NCBI GenBank assembly: GCA_964638515.1
Contig: CAZWZL010000005.1
Location: 8,809-72,808 of the forward strand
Origin: an uncultured Phycisphaeraceae bacterium
GTDB taxonomy: Bacteria; Planctomycetota; Phycisphaerae; Phycisphaerales; UBA1924
Reading direction: 5' to 3'
Length of the DNA: 64,000 nt
The notes under the pieces were generated by a model. The model ran no database searches. It was not told where the DNA came from and was given only the letters and a program-made list of their open reading frames with translations. This document shows, in pieces, positions 48,001 through 55,604 of the stretch; the first letter of the stretch is position 1; each line of letters opens with the position of its first letter. The position numbers and the translations under genes are program-made.

Positions 48001-48693
48001 ATCGAGCACGTGATACGAGCCCTGAGCGAGGTGCGCGATGACCTGGTCGTGACCTTCGGCGGGAGCGGTGACCCGACCCTGCATCCATCATTTGGCGAGG
48101 CGGTGGAAGCAGCGAAGCGAGCCGGAGCCCGGGCCGTGCATGTGCGGACCGACCTGCTCGCCGAGGATGCTGATATCGCCGCGCTTCTGCGCACGGACGT
48201 GGTCAGTGTGGACCTTCTGGCGGACTCTAAGGAGACCTACGAGGCACTGACCGGAGTGGACGGGTTTGACCGTGTCACGGGCAACATGGAGCGTTTGATC
48301 AACGCCCGGCGCCAAGATCCGGACGTGTGGCTGGGCGCACCGTGGGTCATGCCTCGGATGACCCGCTGCGACGCGGTGTACGAGGAACTGGAGTCGTTCT
48401 ACGACCGGTGGCTGCTGTGGCTCGGCTGCGCGACGCTCGACCCGTTGCCCGATGACTCCGCCCCCGACCGAATCGCGAGACTGCCGCTCCCTCGAGCCGC
48501 GGCGACCCGTTTTGCGCGAGACCGCATGCTCGTGCTCGCGGACGGTCGGGTGGTTGCGGATGAGCGCGACGCGGAGGACGCGAGCTCCGTCGGCAACGCG
48601 TTCGATGAGCCTCCGCTGGACGTGTGGCGCCGACTGGTGGCCGCGCGCGAAGCCGGCGGCGAGCCCGCCCGCGCGTGGACGATGTACGCGTGA
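45019..48693 (+). CDS. 1224-aa fusion: Maf-type DUF115 glycosyltransferase, cytidylyltransferase-like domain and a Cys-less radical-SAM/SPASM-like domain
   Basis: Residue numbers follow the track ORF. aa 250-400: NRPAVVVSAGPSLERNMRLL..IIAVQTALKPLLRAGIRPHYVVALDHHE..ALIGQDLGF (DUF115/Maf core). aa ~685-900: AALVSARFDHGALGGTR..LDRVIVLTDDP (NTP-transferase-like). aa ~960-1235: VIFELTTARLTSGRR..VVTFGGSGDPTLHP..VHVRTDLL..VVSVDLLADSKETYEALTG..MLVLADGRVVADERDAEDASSVGNAFDEPPLDVW. I prefer ATG 45019 to GTG 44986. Confidence 0.8.
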   Translation: MTATSPQQTNNATTLAPETPGLLERNLAALSRLSPESALEIGRVSPSGEYRFLRSGDGGLTAEIQGRPVASRRNAIAEGERLAAGVDIKTAAVVVVIGFGVGHHVRAIAEKLQRTGLVVVFEPDAALLKGTLEREDCASWMTASNLIIVTDESDAAVLGTALRRHEAMLGLGVTIVEHPGSTTRIGDRSRAFLETFAQVAATARTALVTTMVQTESTVRNVLMNLDYYAGAPGIAELRECAINRPAVVVSAGPSLERNMRLLARDGVRDRCVIIAVQTALKPLLRAGIRPHYVVALDHHEISRRFYEGLRSEDVAGVTLVVEPKANPAILQTFPGPIRCAREEYLDLVLGERLFRDHGSVPPGSTVAHLAYYLARFMGCDPVALIGQDLGFTDGQYYASGAAIHEVWAGELNPFNTLESLEWQRIVRGRASLHRVTDHLGRSIYTDEQMRTYLAQFERDFRSDESKGLTIIDATEGGVRKAHTTRRTLAEFLEEHAPEDAPSLRLPPPPTAELNRDAVRSAAARVREVRRGVWRIGDLSRKASALLAQMLEHHEDQPRVNRLIGKVHALRDEAVSEATAYHLVHRFNQTGTFRRARADRAIIMSEDEPESAQQLKNIERDLQNVRWLGEAADALGELLDVTARAMEGGPKRTRDLMTESQSDPDNTDATVMKERPRVAALVSARFDHGALGGTRTLGPRPWTHGRAALALTVERIARTPGLDRVIVLTDDPVAASKCLDQTSTRVPVEIEPVALAAWEKREDAIRAGRVFAGWCWRGGPGHLSAYDEAILPRAMSDVMESRALSAALVLGGDWCAADPAIAGALIERHAEMPERFRVAFTQAAPGLAPALIDRHVMTDLARVTELDDAGAFASFGGLIGYVPIRPKVDPIAQPVCLVIDPAVRDAMARWIADGSEGESLLAHASERLGTRFSEASALELVQAAADALPEAPGHVIFELTTARLTSGRRAAWARGRAIAADPGEPIPTRQADISRIEHVIRALSEVRDDLVVTFGGSGDPTLHPSFGEAVEAAKRAGARAVHVRTDLLAEDADIAALLRTDVVSVDLLADSKETYEALTGVDGFDRVTGNMERLINARRQDPDVWLGAPWVMPRMTRCDAVYEELESFYDRWLLWLGCATLDPLPDDSAPDRIARLPLPRAAATRFARDRMLVLADGRVVADERDAEDASSVGNAFDEPPLDVWRRLVAAREAGGEPARAWTMYA

Positions 48694-49460
48694 ACGCGCC
48701 CGCCATCATCTTGGCCCGAGGGGGCAGCAAGGGCGTTCCGGGCAAGAACGTGGCCCCGGTGGCCGGGCGGCCCTGCATCGCGTGGACCATCGCTGACGCC
48801 TTGGCTTCACGCGGCGTTGCGCGAATCGTGGTTTCGACGGACGACGACGCGATCGCCCGCGCGGCCTGGAACGAGGGAGTGGAGGTGGCATGGCGGCCCG
48901 GCGATCTCGCCACCGACACCGCTCGCGTCGATGACGCGGCAAGACACGCCGTGCAATGCCTGGAAGCGGGCGAAACCGTGCGCCAGCCGGACGACCGCGG
49001 CGCGGGCGGTCTGCGGCTGAGCCCGGGTGACGCCATCGTGCTGCTCTACGGCAACGTGCCCGTGCGCCCGCCAGGGCTCATCGATCGTGCGCTGGAGATG
49101 CTCGAACGAACCGGCGCAGACTCGACGCAGTCCTACGCCCGGGTGGGCAAGCACCATCCGTGGTGGCAGGCTCGCGTGAACGAATCGACCGGAGAGGTTC
49201 GCGCATGGGAAGGTGAGACGCTCAATCACGGCGTGTTTCGCCGGCAGGACCTCCCCCCCGCGTTCGTGCCGGACGGCGGAGTGCTGGTGGTGCGCCGACG
49301 CGCACTGTTCCTGGAGATCGAGGGCGTCGAACGCGGCCCGCACGCGTTCTTCGGGAAAGACCGGCGAGGAGTCCTCACCGGCGAAGGCGAGGTCGTGGAC
49401 GTGGATTCGCCCATCGATCTGGTCGTGGCCGACGCAACGTTGCGGGAGAAGCGCCGATGA
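48690..49460 (+). CDS. neuA: Acylneuraminate (nonulosonate) cytidylyltransferase
   Basis: GTG 48690 overlaps the upstream stop (GTGA). VNAPAIILARGGSKGVPGKNVAPVAGRPCIAWTI..VVSTDD. 256 aa. Confidence 0.85.
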   Translation: MNAPAIILARGGSKGVPGKNVAPVAGRPCIAWTIADALASRGVARIVVSTDDDAIARAAWNEGVEVAWRPGDLATDTARVDDAARHAVQCLEAGETVRQPDDRGAGGLRLSPGDAIVLLYGNVPVRPPGLIDRALEMLERTGADSTQSYARVGKHHPWWQARVNESTGEVRAWEGETLNHGVFRRQDLPPAFVPDGGVLVVRRRALFLEIEGVERGPHAFFGKDRRGVLTGEGEVVDVDSPIDLVVADATLREKRR

Positions 49461-50518
49461 ACATCGGAACGCGCCGGATCGGAGCGCCGGGCTCGGTGTA
49501 CGTGATCGCGGAGCTGGGCGTGAATCACGACGGCTCCGCTGAGCGCGCACTGGAACTGGTGGACGCCGCGGCCGATGCCGGCGCCGACGCCGTGAAGACG
49601 CAGTGGTTCGAAGCCGAGCGACTGATGTCGTCCGCGTCAACGCTTGCCGCGTACCAGCGCGACGCCGGCGAGCAAAGCCCCGTGGCCATGCTGCGCCGGC
49701 TGCAGCTGTCCCGGGAAGGCATGGCGAGCGTGGCGGAGCGCGCCAGGCGTCGGGGCCTGCACGCGATCATCACGGTGTTCTCGCACGAACTGGTCCGCGA
49801 TGCGGGGTCGATCGGCTGGGACGCCTACAAGACGGCCTCGCCCGACATCGTGCATCGCCCGTTGCTCGAAGCGATCCTGGCGACCGGAAGACCGCTCATC
49901 CTCTCCACCGGGGCCGCCACGATGGAAGAGGTCGGCCGGGCGGTGCGGTGGGTGGCGACGGCTCGCGATCGGCTGGCGCTGCTGCAGTGCGTCTCGTCAT
50001 ACCCAACACCCCGCGAAGACGCCGCGCTCGGGGGCATCGGCGCGCTGGCGGACGCCTTCGGGCTGCCGACGGGCTACTCGGATCACACACGCGAGTTGGA
50101 CACCGGCGCGTTGGCGGTGGCATGCGGCGCACGTCTGCTGGAGAAGCATCTCACCTATGACCGCGCCGCCAGAGGGCCCGATCACGCGGCATCGCTCGAC
50201 GCCGATGGGTTCGCCCGATATGTGAGAGGCGCTCGCGCCGCGTGCAAGGATCCTCCGATCGCAACCATCGACGACGTTCGCGTGGGCGCCAGAGAAAAGC
50301 GCGTGCGACCCTGCGAGCAGGACGTGCGCACGGTCTCGCGCCAATCGCTCGTCACGCGACGGCCTCTGAATCGCGGCGATGTGCTGCGACTCGAAGATCT
50401 CACCGTCAAACGCCCGGGCGCCGGGCTTGGCCCGTGGCGGCTGCACGAGATTGTTGGCTCGCGTGTGGCGCGGCCTGTCGCGGCTGATGCGCCGCTGACA
50501 CCGGAGGACCTGGAATGA
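49457..50518 (+). CDS. neuB: N-acetylneuraminate (nonulosonate) synthase with a C-terminal SAF domain
   Basis: 353 aa. VIAELGVNHDGS, DAVKTQ, YKTASPDI, LILSTGAATMEE, LLQCVSSYPTP, GYSDHT. The SAF-like tail is SLVTRRPLNRGDVLRLEDLTVKRPG. Confidence 0.9.
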   Translation: MNIGTRRIGAPGSVYVIAELGVNHDGSAERALELVDAAADAGADAVKTQWFEAERLMSSASTLAAYQRDAGEQSPVAMLRRLQLSREGMASVAERARRRGLHAIITVFSHELVRDAGSIGWDAYKTASPDIVHRPLLEAILATGRPLILSTGAATMEEVGRAVRWVATARDRLALLQCVSSYPTPREDAALGGIGALADAFGLPTGYSDHTRELDTGALAVACGARLLEKHLTYDRAARGPDHAASLDADGFARYVRGARAACKDPPIATIDDVRVGAREKRVRPCEQDVRTVSRQSLVTRRPLNRGDVLRLEDLTVKRPGAGLGPWRLHEIVGSRVARPVAADAPLTPEDLE

Positions 50519-51669
50519 CCGGACGTCGTGCCCGCATCGCCGTCGCCACGGGCTCGCGCGCCGAGTTCGGCCTGCTCGCGCCCGTGATGCGCGCGATCCG
50601 GGCGCACCCGCGGCTGGAGTTGCTCACAATCGTGTCGGGCTCGCACCTGGTGGGCGGCGCTGAGACCTGGCGCGAAGTCGAAGAGGCGTTCGGGATCGAC
50701 GCCCGCGTCGAGATGCAGCGCGAACGGCTCACCGGACGCCTTGAAGACGCGCGCGCGCTCGGCCGGGGAATCGAGGGCATGGCCGGCGCCATCGAATCCC
50801 TTGCTCCCGATTGGATGGTCGTGCTGGGTGACCGCATCGAAGCGCTCGCCGGCGCCGTGGCCGCGAGTGTGGCGGGGCTCCCCGTGGCCCACCTTCACGG
50901 CGGAGACCGCGCCGAAGGCGTCGCGGACGAAGCCATGCGTCACGCCATCACCAAGCTGTCTCACTTGCATCTCGCGGCCACGCCCGCATCCGCCGAGCGG
51001 ATCATTCGAATGGGCGAGCTTCCCTCGCAGGTGCACGTCATCGGCTCGCCCGCGATGGACGGCCTGCACGACATCGCGGCGATGGACGACGAGGCCTTCT
51101 CGCGCTTGGGAAGCCCGCGGGTCGTGTTCCTGATGCACCCGATCGGGCGCGCCCCGAGCGAGGAGCGCATCGCCGCCACCACGGCGCTGCACGCCGCGCG
51201 GCGCCGAACGGTCATCGCGATGGCGCCGAATCTCGACCCCGGTCGAGAGGGCATCATGGAGGCCCTGCACGACCTCGGCGCCCCCACGCTCAGCCACCTT
51301 CGACGCGACCAGTGGATCAGCCTCCTCAAGCGCGTGGCTCAGGAAGGAGGCGTGCTGATGGGCAATTCCTCTTCCGGGCTCATCGAGGCCTCGGCGCTTC
51401 GCCCGCTGCCTTTAGCCGCGCTGGATATCGGACCTCGTCAGAACGGCCGGGAGGCGCCCGACAGCGTGGTGCACGTAGACGAGACTTCCGAGGCCATCCG
51501 GGCCGGCCTGGATCGGACGGAAGGCCTCTCAGCCGCTTGGCGGGCGGGCCAGGAGCCCCCCGAGCACCCCTATGGGGATGGGAGGGCGGGCGAGAAAGCC
51601 GCGGAAGCGATTGCAGCCATTCCGCTGGAGGCTGCTCGAACGCTCGTCCGAAAGCGAAACGCCTATTAG
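50515..51669 (+). CDS. neuC: UDP-N-acetylglucosamine 2-epimerase, hydrolysing type
   Basis: 384 aa. IAVATGSRAEFGLLAPVM, VVLGDRIEALAGAVAA, VAHLHGGDRAEG..DEAMRHAITKLSHLH. ATGA overlap with neuB. Confidence 0.85.
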   Translation: MTGRRARIAVATGSRAEFGLLAPVMRAIRAHPRLELLTIVSGSHLVGGAETWREVEEAFGIDARVEMQRERLTGRLEDARALGRGIEGMAGAIESLAPDWMVVLGDRIEALAGAVAASVAGLPVAHLHGGDRAEGVADEAMRHAITKLSHLHLAATPASAERIIRMGELPSQVHVIGSPAMDGLHDIAAMDDEAFSRLGSPRVVFLMHPIGRAPSEERIAATTALHAARRRTVIAMAPNLDPGREGIMEALHDLGAPTLSHLRRDQWISLLKRVAQEGGVLMGNSSSGLIEASALRPLPLAALDIGPRQNGREAPDSVVHVDETSEAIRAGLDRTEGLSAAWRAGQEPPEHPYGDGRAGEKAAEAIAAIPLEAARTLVRKRNAY

Positions 51670-51807
51670 GGGCGAGAAGGACGGGGAATCGAGCCCGGGG
51701 CCCGACGCGCACCAAAGTCACGGGCGTGAACCGTCGATCTCCAATGGGGACGGACGACGTGCGATCGCGCGCGGTCCGAACCCCCGAACTCGGAGGAAGT
51801 GACCCCC

Positions 51808-52692
51808 ATGGGCGTTGCATCAACAGACACGAACACGGTGGTTGCCACGGCGGTGCAGGAAATCAATCACATCGCCACCCTGCCCGAGATCACCCTCCGC
51901 ATCATCGAACTTGTCGAATCGCCGTCCTCCACGGCTCAGGACCTGCAGACGGTCATTCGAAGCGACCCCGCCCTCTGCAGCCGCGTGCTCAAGGTGGTGA
52001 ATTCCGCGTTCTATGGGCTGCCCGGGCAGATCGCCTCCATCGAGCGCGCGATCGTGCTGCTCGGCCTCAATGCCGTCAAGAACATCGCGGTAGCCGCGTC
52101 CCTCGTGAAGCTCTTCCGCGGGGGTGAACTCTCCCCCCACTTCTCCGCCCGCGAGCTTTGGACACATTCCATCGCCACGGCCACGGCCGCGAAGACTCTC
52201 GCCGACGACCTCAAGATCGGCATGGCCGACGAAGCATTTCTCGGCGGACTGATTCACGATCTCGGCGTGATGGTCGAGCTCCAGTACGATCGGCAGAAGC
52301 TGATCAAGGTGCTGGACATGCTCAACATCGACTCCCAGCACATCCCCCATGCCAACATGCGAGCGATCGAAACAGAGATCTTCGGCGCCACGCACGAGCA
52401 GTTCGGCGCCGGCCTGAGCCAGCGGTGGAAGTTCCCGCCCGCGCTCGTCAACGTCACCGGTCATCACCACGAGCCCCTGCGCCTCCCCGAGGAGTCCCGC
52501 ACGCTTGCGTGCCTGATCTACGTAGCCGATCGAATCTCGGCCATGGCGGGACAAGGCTTCCGGCTCGACCTCGACAACCTCACCGCCGACTCAAACGTGC
52601 TGTCCCACCTCGGCATCGAGACGTCCAAGCTCGATGAGATGGCGGCCAACCTGCCCGAGCAGATGCAGGAAGTGAAGCGCCTGCTGTCTTGA
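51808..52692 (+). CDS. HDOD-domain signalling protein
   Basis: LPEITLRIIELVESPSSTAQDLQTVIRSDPALCSRVLKVVNSAFYGL, LWTHSIATA, GLIHDLG. ATG 51808 follows GGAGGAAG. Confidence 0.85.
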   Translation: MGVASTDTNTVVATAVQEINHIATLPEITLRIIELVESPSSTAQDLQTVIRSDPALCSRVLKVVNSAFYGLPGQIASIERAIVLLGLNAVKNIAVAASLVKLFRGGELSPHFSARELWTHSIATATAAKTLADDLKIGMADEAFLGGLIHDLGVMVELQYDRQKLIKVLDMLNIDSQHIPHANMRAIETEIFGATHEQFGAGLSQRWKFPPALVNVTGHHHEPLRLPEESRTLACLIYVADRISAMAGQGFRLDLDNLTADSNVLSHLGIETSKLDEMAANLPEQMQEVKRLLS

Positions 52693-52767
52693 ACAACGCC
52701 CGATTCGCGCGATCGCACGGAGGCGGCGCCCAATCGAGGGAATGCGTAAGCGGCGAAGGGCGCAGGG

Positions 52768-53343
52768 ATGCGGAACCCGACGCCGCTTTGCTCTGCGCCG
52801 ACCCATCCGGGCCCGCAACCTAGGATACGGGCGCATGCCCAACACTTGCACGAGCCACAACCCGTGATCCTCTTCGTGATCTACGCCGGCGCCGTTTGGA
52901 TGCTCTGCTTTGCGCAACGCCGACGCCCGCTGGGCGTCTTGGCGGGTCTGGTTGCCGCGGCTCCGATCGCCATGGCCGGCCTTTGGCTCAATCGGGGCCA
53001 CGACACGCTGACCGTCTGGTCCATCGGCGTGTTCGCCTTCGCCGGGCTCGTTGGGCTGATCGCTCTGTTCCTGGCGGCGCAACCCCGACGTCCCTCCTCG
53101 GCCTGCGACGCCTGCGGTTACGACCTGCACGGGATCGCGTCGCATTATTGCCCGGAGTGCGGGGACGGCGCCGCGCCAAGCCAAGCCCTTCCGGCCGCGC
53201 CCGTCGCGCTCGGCGCGCTTCAGATCGAGGCCCTGCGCGCTCGGCGCGCTCGCGCCAGATGGTCCGCGACCGACAGCCCAAGCACGAGCGCCGCGCCCAC
53301 GCCCGCGGCCAGCGCGGCCGATGTCCACGCCCGAGCCTCGTGA
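52768..53343 (+). CDS. Small membrane protein with a C-terminal zinc-ribbon-like CxxCGYDL...CPECG motif
   Basis: Three hydrophobic helices, then SACDACGYDLHGIASHYCPECG. The start is uncertain. The 3' 124 nt overlap the convergent DUF368 gene, so the true end or frame is uncertain. Confidence 0.5.
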   Translation: MRNPTPLCSAPTHPGPQPRIRAHAQHLHEPQPVILFVIYAGAVWMLCFAQRRRPLGVLAGLVAAAPIAMAGLWLNRGHDTLTVWSIGVFAFAGLVGLIALFLAAQPRRPSSACDACGYDLHGIASHYCPECGDGAAPSQALPAAPVALGALQIEALRARRARARWSATDSPSTSAAPTPAASAADVHARAS

Positions 53344-54515
53344 TCCATGACCGACGCCGCGCTCCACACCTCCCCACCCGGCTGACGCAACGCGCCGATC
53401 ATGAACCCCGCCAATCCCGCCATCGTCGCGTCGTGTGCGCGCCGGAACAACCACCACACGACTCGGCTGAACGTCGCCATCCCCACGACGACCCCACAGC
53501 CGAACGCCCCGAGGAACACAACATCCGCCCACCACACCCGACCGACGCTCAGCGGTGCGCCCCCCCGCCCCACGAACGACGCGAACGTGTCGAGCACGCC
53601 GCTGATCGCCCCGAGCACCGCCTGATACTGCCCGAGAAACAGCAGCAGGAACGAGCCGCTGATCCCCGGCAGCATCATGGCCGAGATCGCGATCATCCCG
53701 CAACAGAAGATCCAAAGAAGCGAGGCTCGTTCGCGATCGATCAGCACGGCGCCCTCGTGGGCCGCAAGCCACGCACGAGCCTCATCCGCAGACGCCAGGA
53801 CGGTCACCCGCTCGGGATTCCCGATCCTTCCCGATAACACCCCGTGTGTGTCGATCACCGCCAGCTCGCTCGATGGCGGAGCCGCGCGAGCCGCGGCCGA
53901 CAACTCATCAGCGGCTCGAATCTCCGACACCAGCAACGCGGCGTTCGTCGAATGACCCGCGCTGATCACCCGCATCCGCGCATCCCCCGACTGAAGCCCG
54001 ACCACCCAGAACGCGAGCACGCCCGTCACGACAGCGGGAACGACGTGTGACAGCCGGCGCGACTTCATCGCGGCAAACGGCGCCCAGCACGAGGCGAGAA
54101 TCAGCCCGAAAAAGAACGCATACGTCTCACCGGGCCGAGTCTCCATCAGCCGCGTGATCGTCCGAGCCATCAACGCCACGGCCAGCAGGATCCCGACGAG
54201 CATGGGAACAAGCGTCGACCAGTGCATTCGGAGCGCCGCGCTGACACTCTGCCGCACGCGCCCGCGAAGCAACAGAAAAGCGAACGCCGGCGAGAGCGAC
54301 CGGAGCGCCGCGATGAACCGCTCGTACACCCCGGTGATGAACGCGATCGTGCCCCCCGACACGCCCGGCACCACGTCCGCGCACCCCATGGCGAACCCGC
54401 GCGCCACGAGCCCGGCAGACTCACCCGCCCTCCACGGAGGAGGCGGCGAGGGCGCATCACGTGTCGGCGTCGGTTCCATAAGGGGCGGAGGATACCCAGC
54501 GCGGCCGGGGCGCAC
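53220..54515 (-). CDS. DUF368-family membrane protein (undecaprenyl-phosphate translocase PopT-like) with an inserted soluble segment
   Basis: Two repeat signatures, VVPGVSGGTIAFITGVY and MLPGISGSFLLLFLGQY. About 89 non-hydrophobic residues (aa ~176-264) lie between the halves. An alternative ATG is at 54479. Confidence 0.8.
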   Translation of the reverse strand: MRPGRAGYPPPLMEPTPTRDAPSPPPPWRAGESAGLVARGFAMGCADVVPGVSGGTIAFITGVYERFIAALRSLSPAFAFLLLRGRVRQSVSAALRMHWSTLVPMLVGILLAVALMARTITRLMETRPGETYAFFFGLILASCWAPFAAMKSRRLSHVVPAVVTGVLAFWVVGLQSGDARMRVISAGHSTNAALLVSEIRAADELSAAARAAPPSSELAVIDTHGVLSGRIGNPERVTVLASADEARAWLAAHEGAVLIDRERASLLWIFCCGMIAISAMMLPGISGSFLLLFLGQYQAVLGAISGVLDTFASFVGRGGAPLSVGRVWWADVVFLGAFGCGVVVGMATFSRVVWWLFRRAHDATMAGLAGFMIGALRQPGGEVWSAASVMDHEARAWTSAALAAGVGAALVLGLSVADHLARARRARRASI

Positions 54516-54538
54516 CGTTCGGATACGCTGGCACGCCC

Positions 54539-55591
54539 ATGAACGTGCTCGTCACCGGAGGCGCCGGGTATATCGGCTCGCACGCCACGAAGCGTTTGCT
54601 GAGAGAGGGACACCGCGTCGTCATCCTCGATGATCTGCTCCCCGGGAGAGGGCAACTCGGAGCCGTTCGCGAGCTCCAGACAATGCCTGGGGTGGGTGAC
54701 CGCCTGGCGTTCGTGCGAGGGGATATCGGTGATTCCGCCACGGTGCGCCGGGCGCTGCGGGACGGCGCGTGCGAGGGCGTGCTTCACTTCGCCGCGTTCG
54801 CCTACGTCCGTGAGTCCGTCGACCAGCCGCTCGCCTACTACACCAACAACACCGCCAAGACGTTGCTGCTGCTCGACGCGTGCGCTCAGGAGAACGTCAC
54901 GCGATTCGTGTTCTCATCCACCTGTGCCACGTACGGGCAACCCCCGGAAGACCGCATTCCCGTGCGCGAGAACTGCCCCCAGGCCCCCATCACTCCCTAC
55001 GGGTGGTCCAAACTCTTCGTCGAACAGGCTCTGTTTGACGCCACCAGCGCCTTCGCGCGAACCGGTCGACCGTTTTCCGCTTGCGCGCTGCGGTATTTCA
55101 ACGTGGCGGGGGCCGACCGCGATGGCCTGCTCGGCGAAGACCATCGCCCCGAGACGCACATCATCCCCACGTTGCTCAGGGCCGCGATGCTGTCGTCGGG
55201 CCCGGTTCGAATCCACACATCTCCTGAAGGCTCCACACCTGACGGCACGTGCGTCCGTGATTACATCCATGTGGATGACCTCGTCGATGCGCACCTCCGT
55301 GCGCTCATGGCGCTCCACCCCGAGCGTCACGACGCCTGGGCCTACAACCTCGGCACGAGCGCTCCGGCCAGCACGTTCGAGATTCTCCGAGCCTGCGAAC
55401 GCGTCACCGGCCGCGCCATCCCCATCGAGCTCGTCCCCGCGCATCCCGGAGACGCCGCCCGCCTGTTTGCCGACGCCGGCGCCATCCAACGTGACCTCGG
55501 CTGGCGCCCGAACGTCACATCCATCGACGACATGATCGCCTCGGCCTGGGCGTGGATGCAGCGCCACCCCCACGGCTATCCCGACGCCTGA
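54539..55591 (+). CDS. galE: UDP-glucose 4-epimerase
   Basis: 350 aa. MNVLVTGGAGYIGSH, FSSTCATYG, YGWSKL (YxxxK), RYFNVAGA. Confidence 0.9.
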   Translation: MNVLVTGGAGYIGSHATKRLLREGHRVVILDDLLPGRGQLGAVRELQTMPGVGDRLAFVRGDIGDSATVRRALRDGACEGVLHFAAFAYVRESVDQPLAYYTNNTAKTLLLLDACAQENVTRFVFSSTCATYGQPPEDRIPVRENCPQAPITPYGWSKLFVEQALFDATSAFARTGRPFSACALRYFNVAGADRDGLLGEDHRPETHIIPTLLRAAMLSSGPVRIHTSPEGSTPDGTCVRDYIHVDDLVDAHLRALMALHPERHDAWAYNLGTSAPASTFEILRACERVTGRAIPIELVPAHPGDAARLFADAGAIQRDLGWRPNVTSIDDMIASAWAWMQRHPHGYPDA

Positions 55592-55604
55592 CCATTGGAG
55601 CCGG

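Noticed and set aside
45157-48084. 975-aa minus-strand ORF, one of the longest in the track
   Set aside because: It is exactly antisense to the Maf-fusion gene. It is rich in Arg/Gly/Asp/His with no motifs, a typical mirror-frame ORF of high-GC DNA. The plus frame carries clear DUF115 and neighbouring domain motifs.
51312-52127. 271-aa plus-strand ORF spanning the neuC end and the HDOD start
   Set aside because: It is out of frame with both well-supported genes and is Arg/Gly/Pro-rich.
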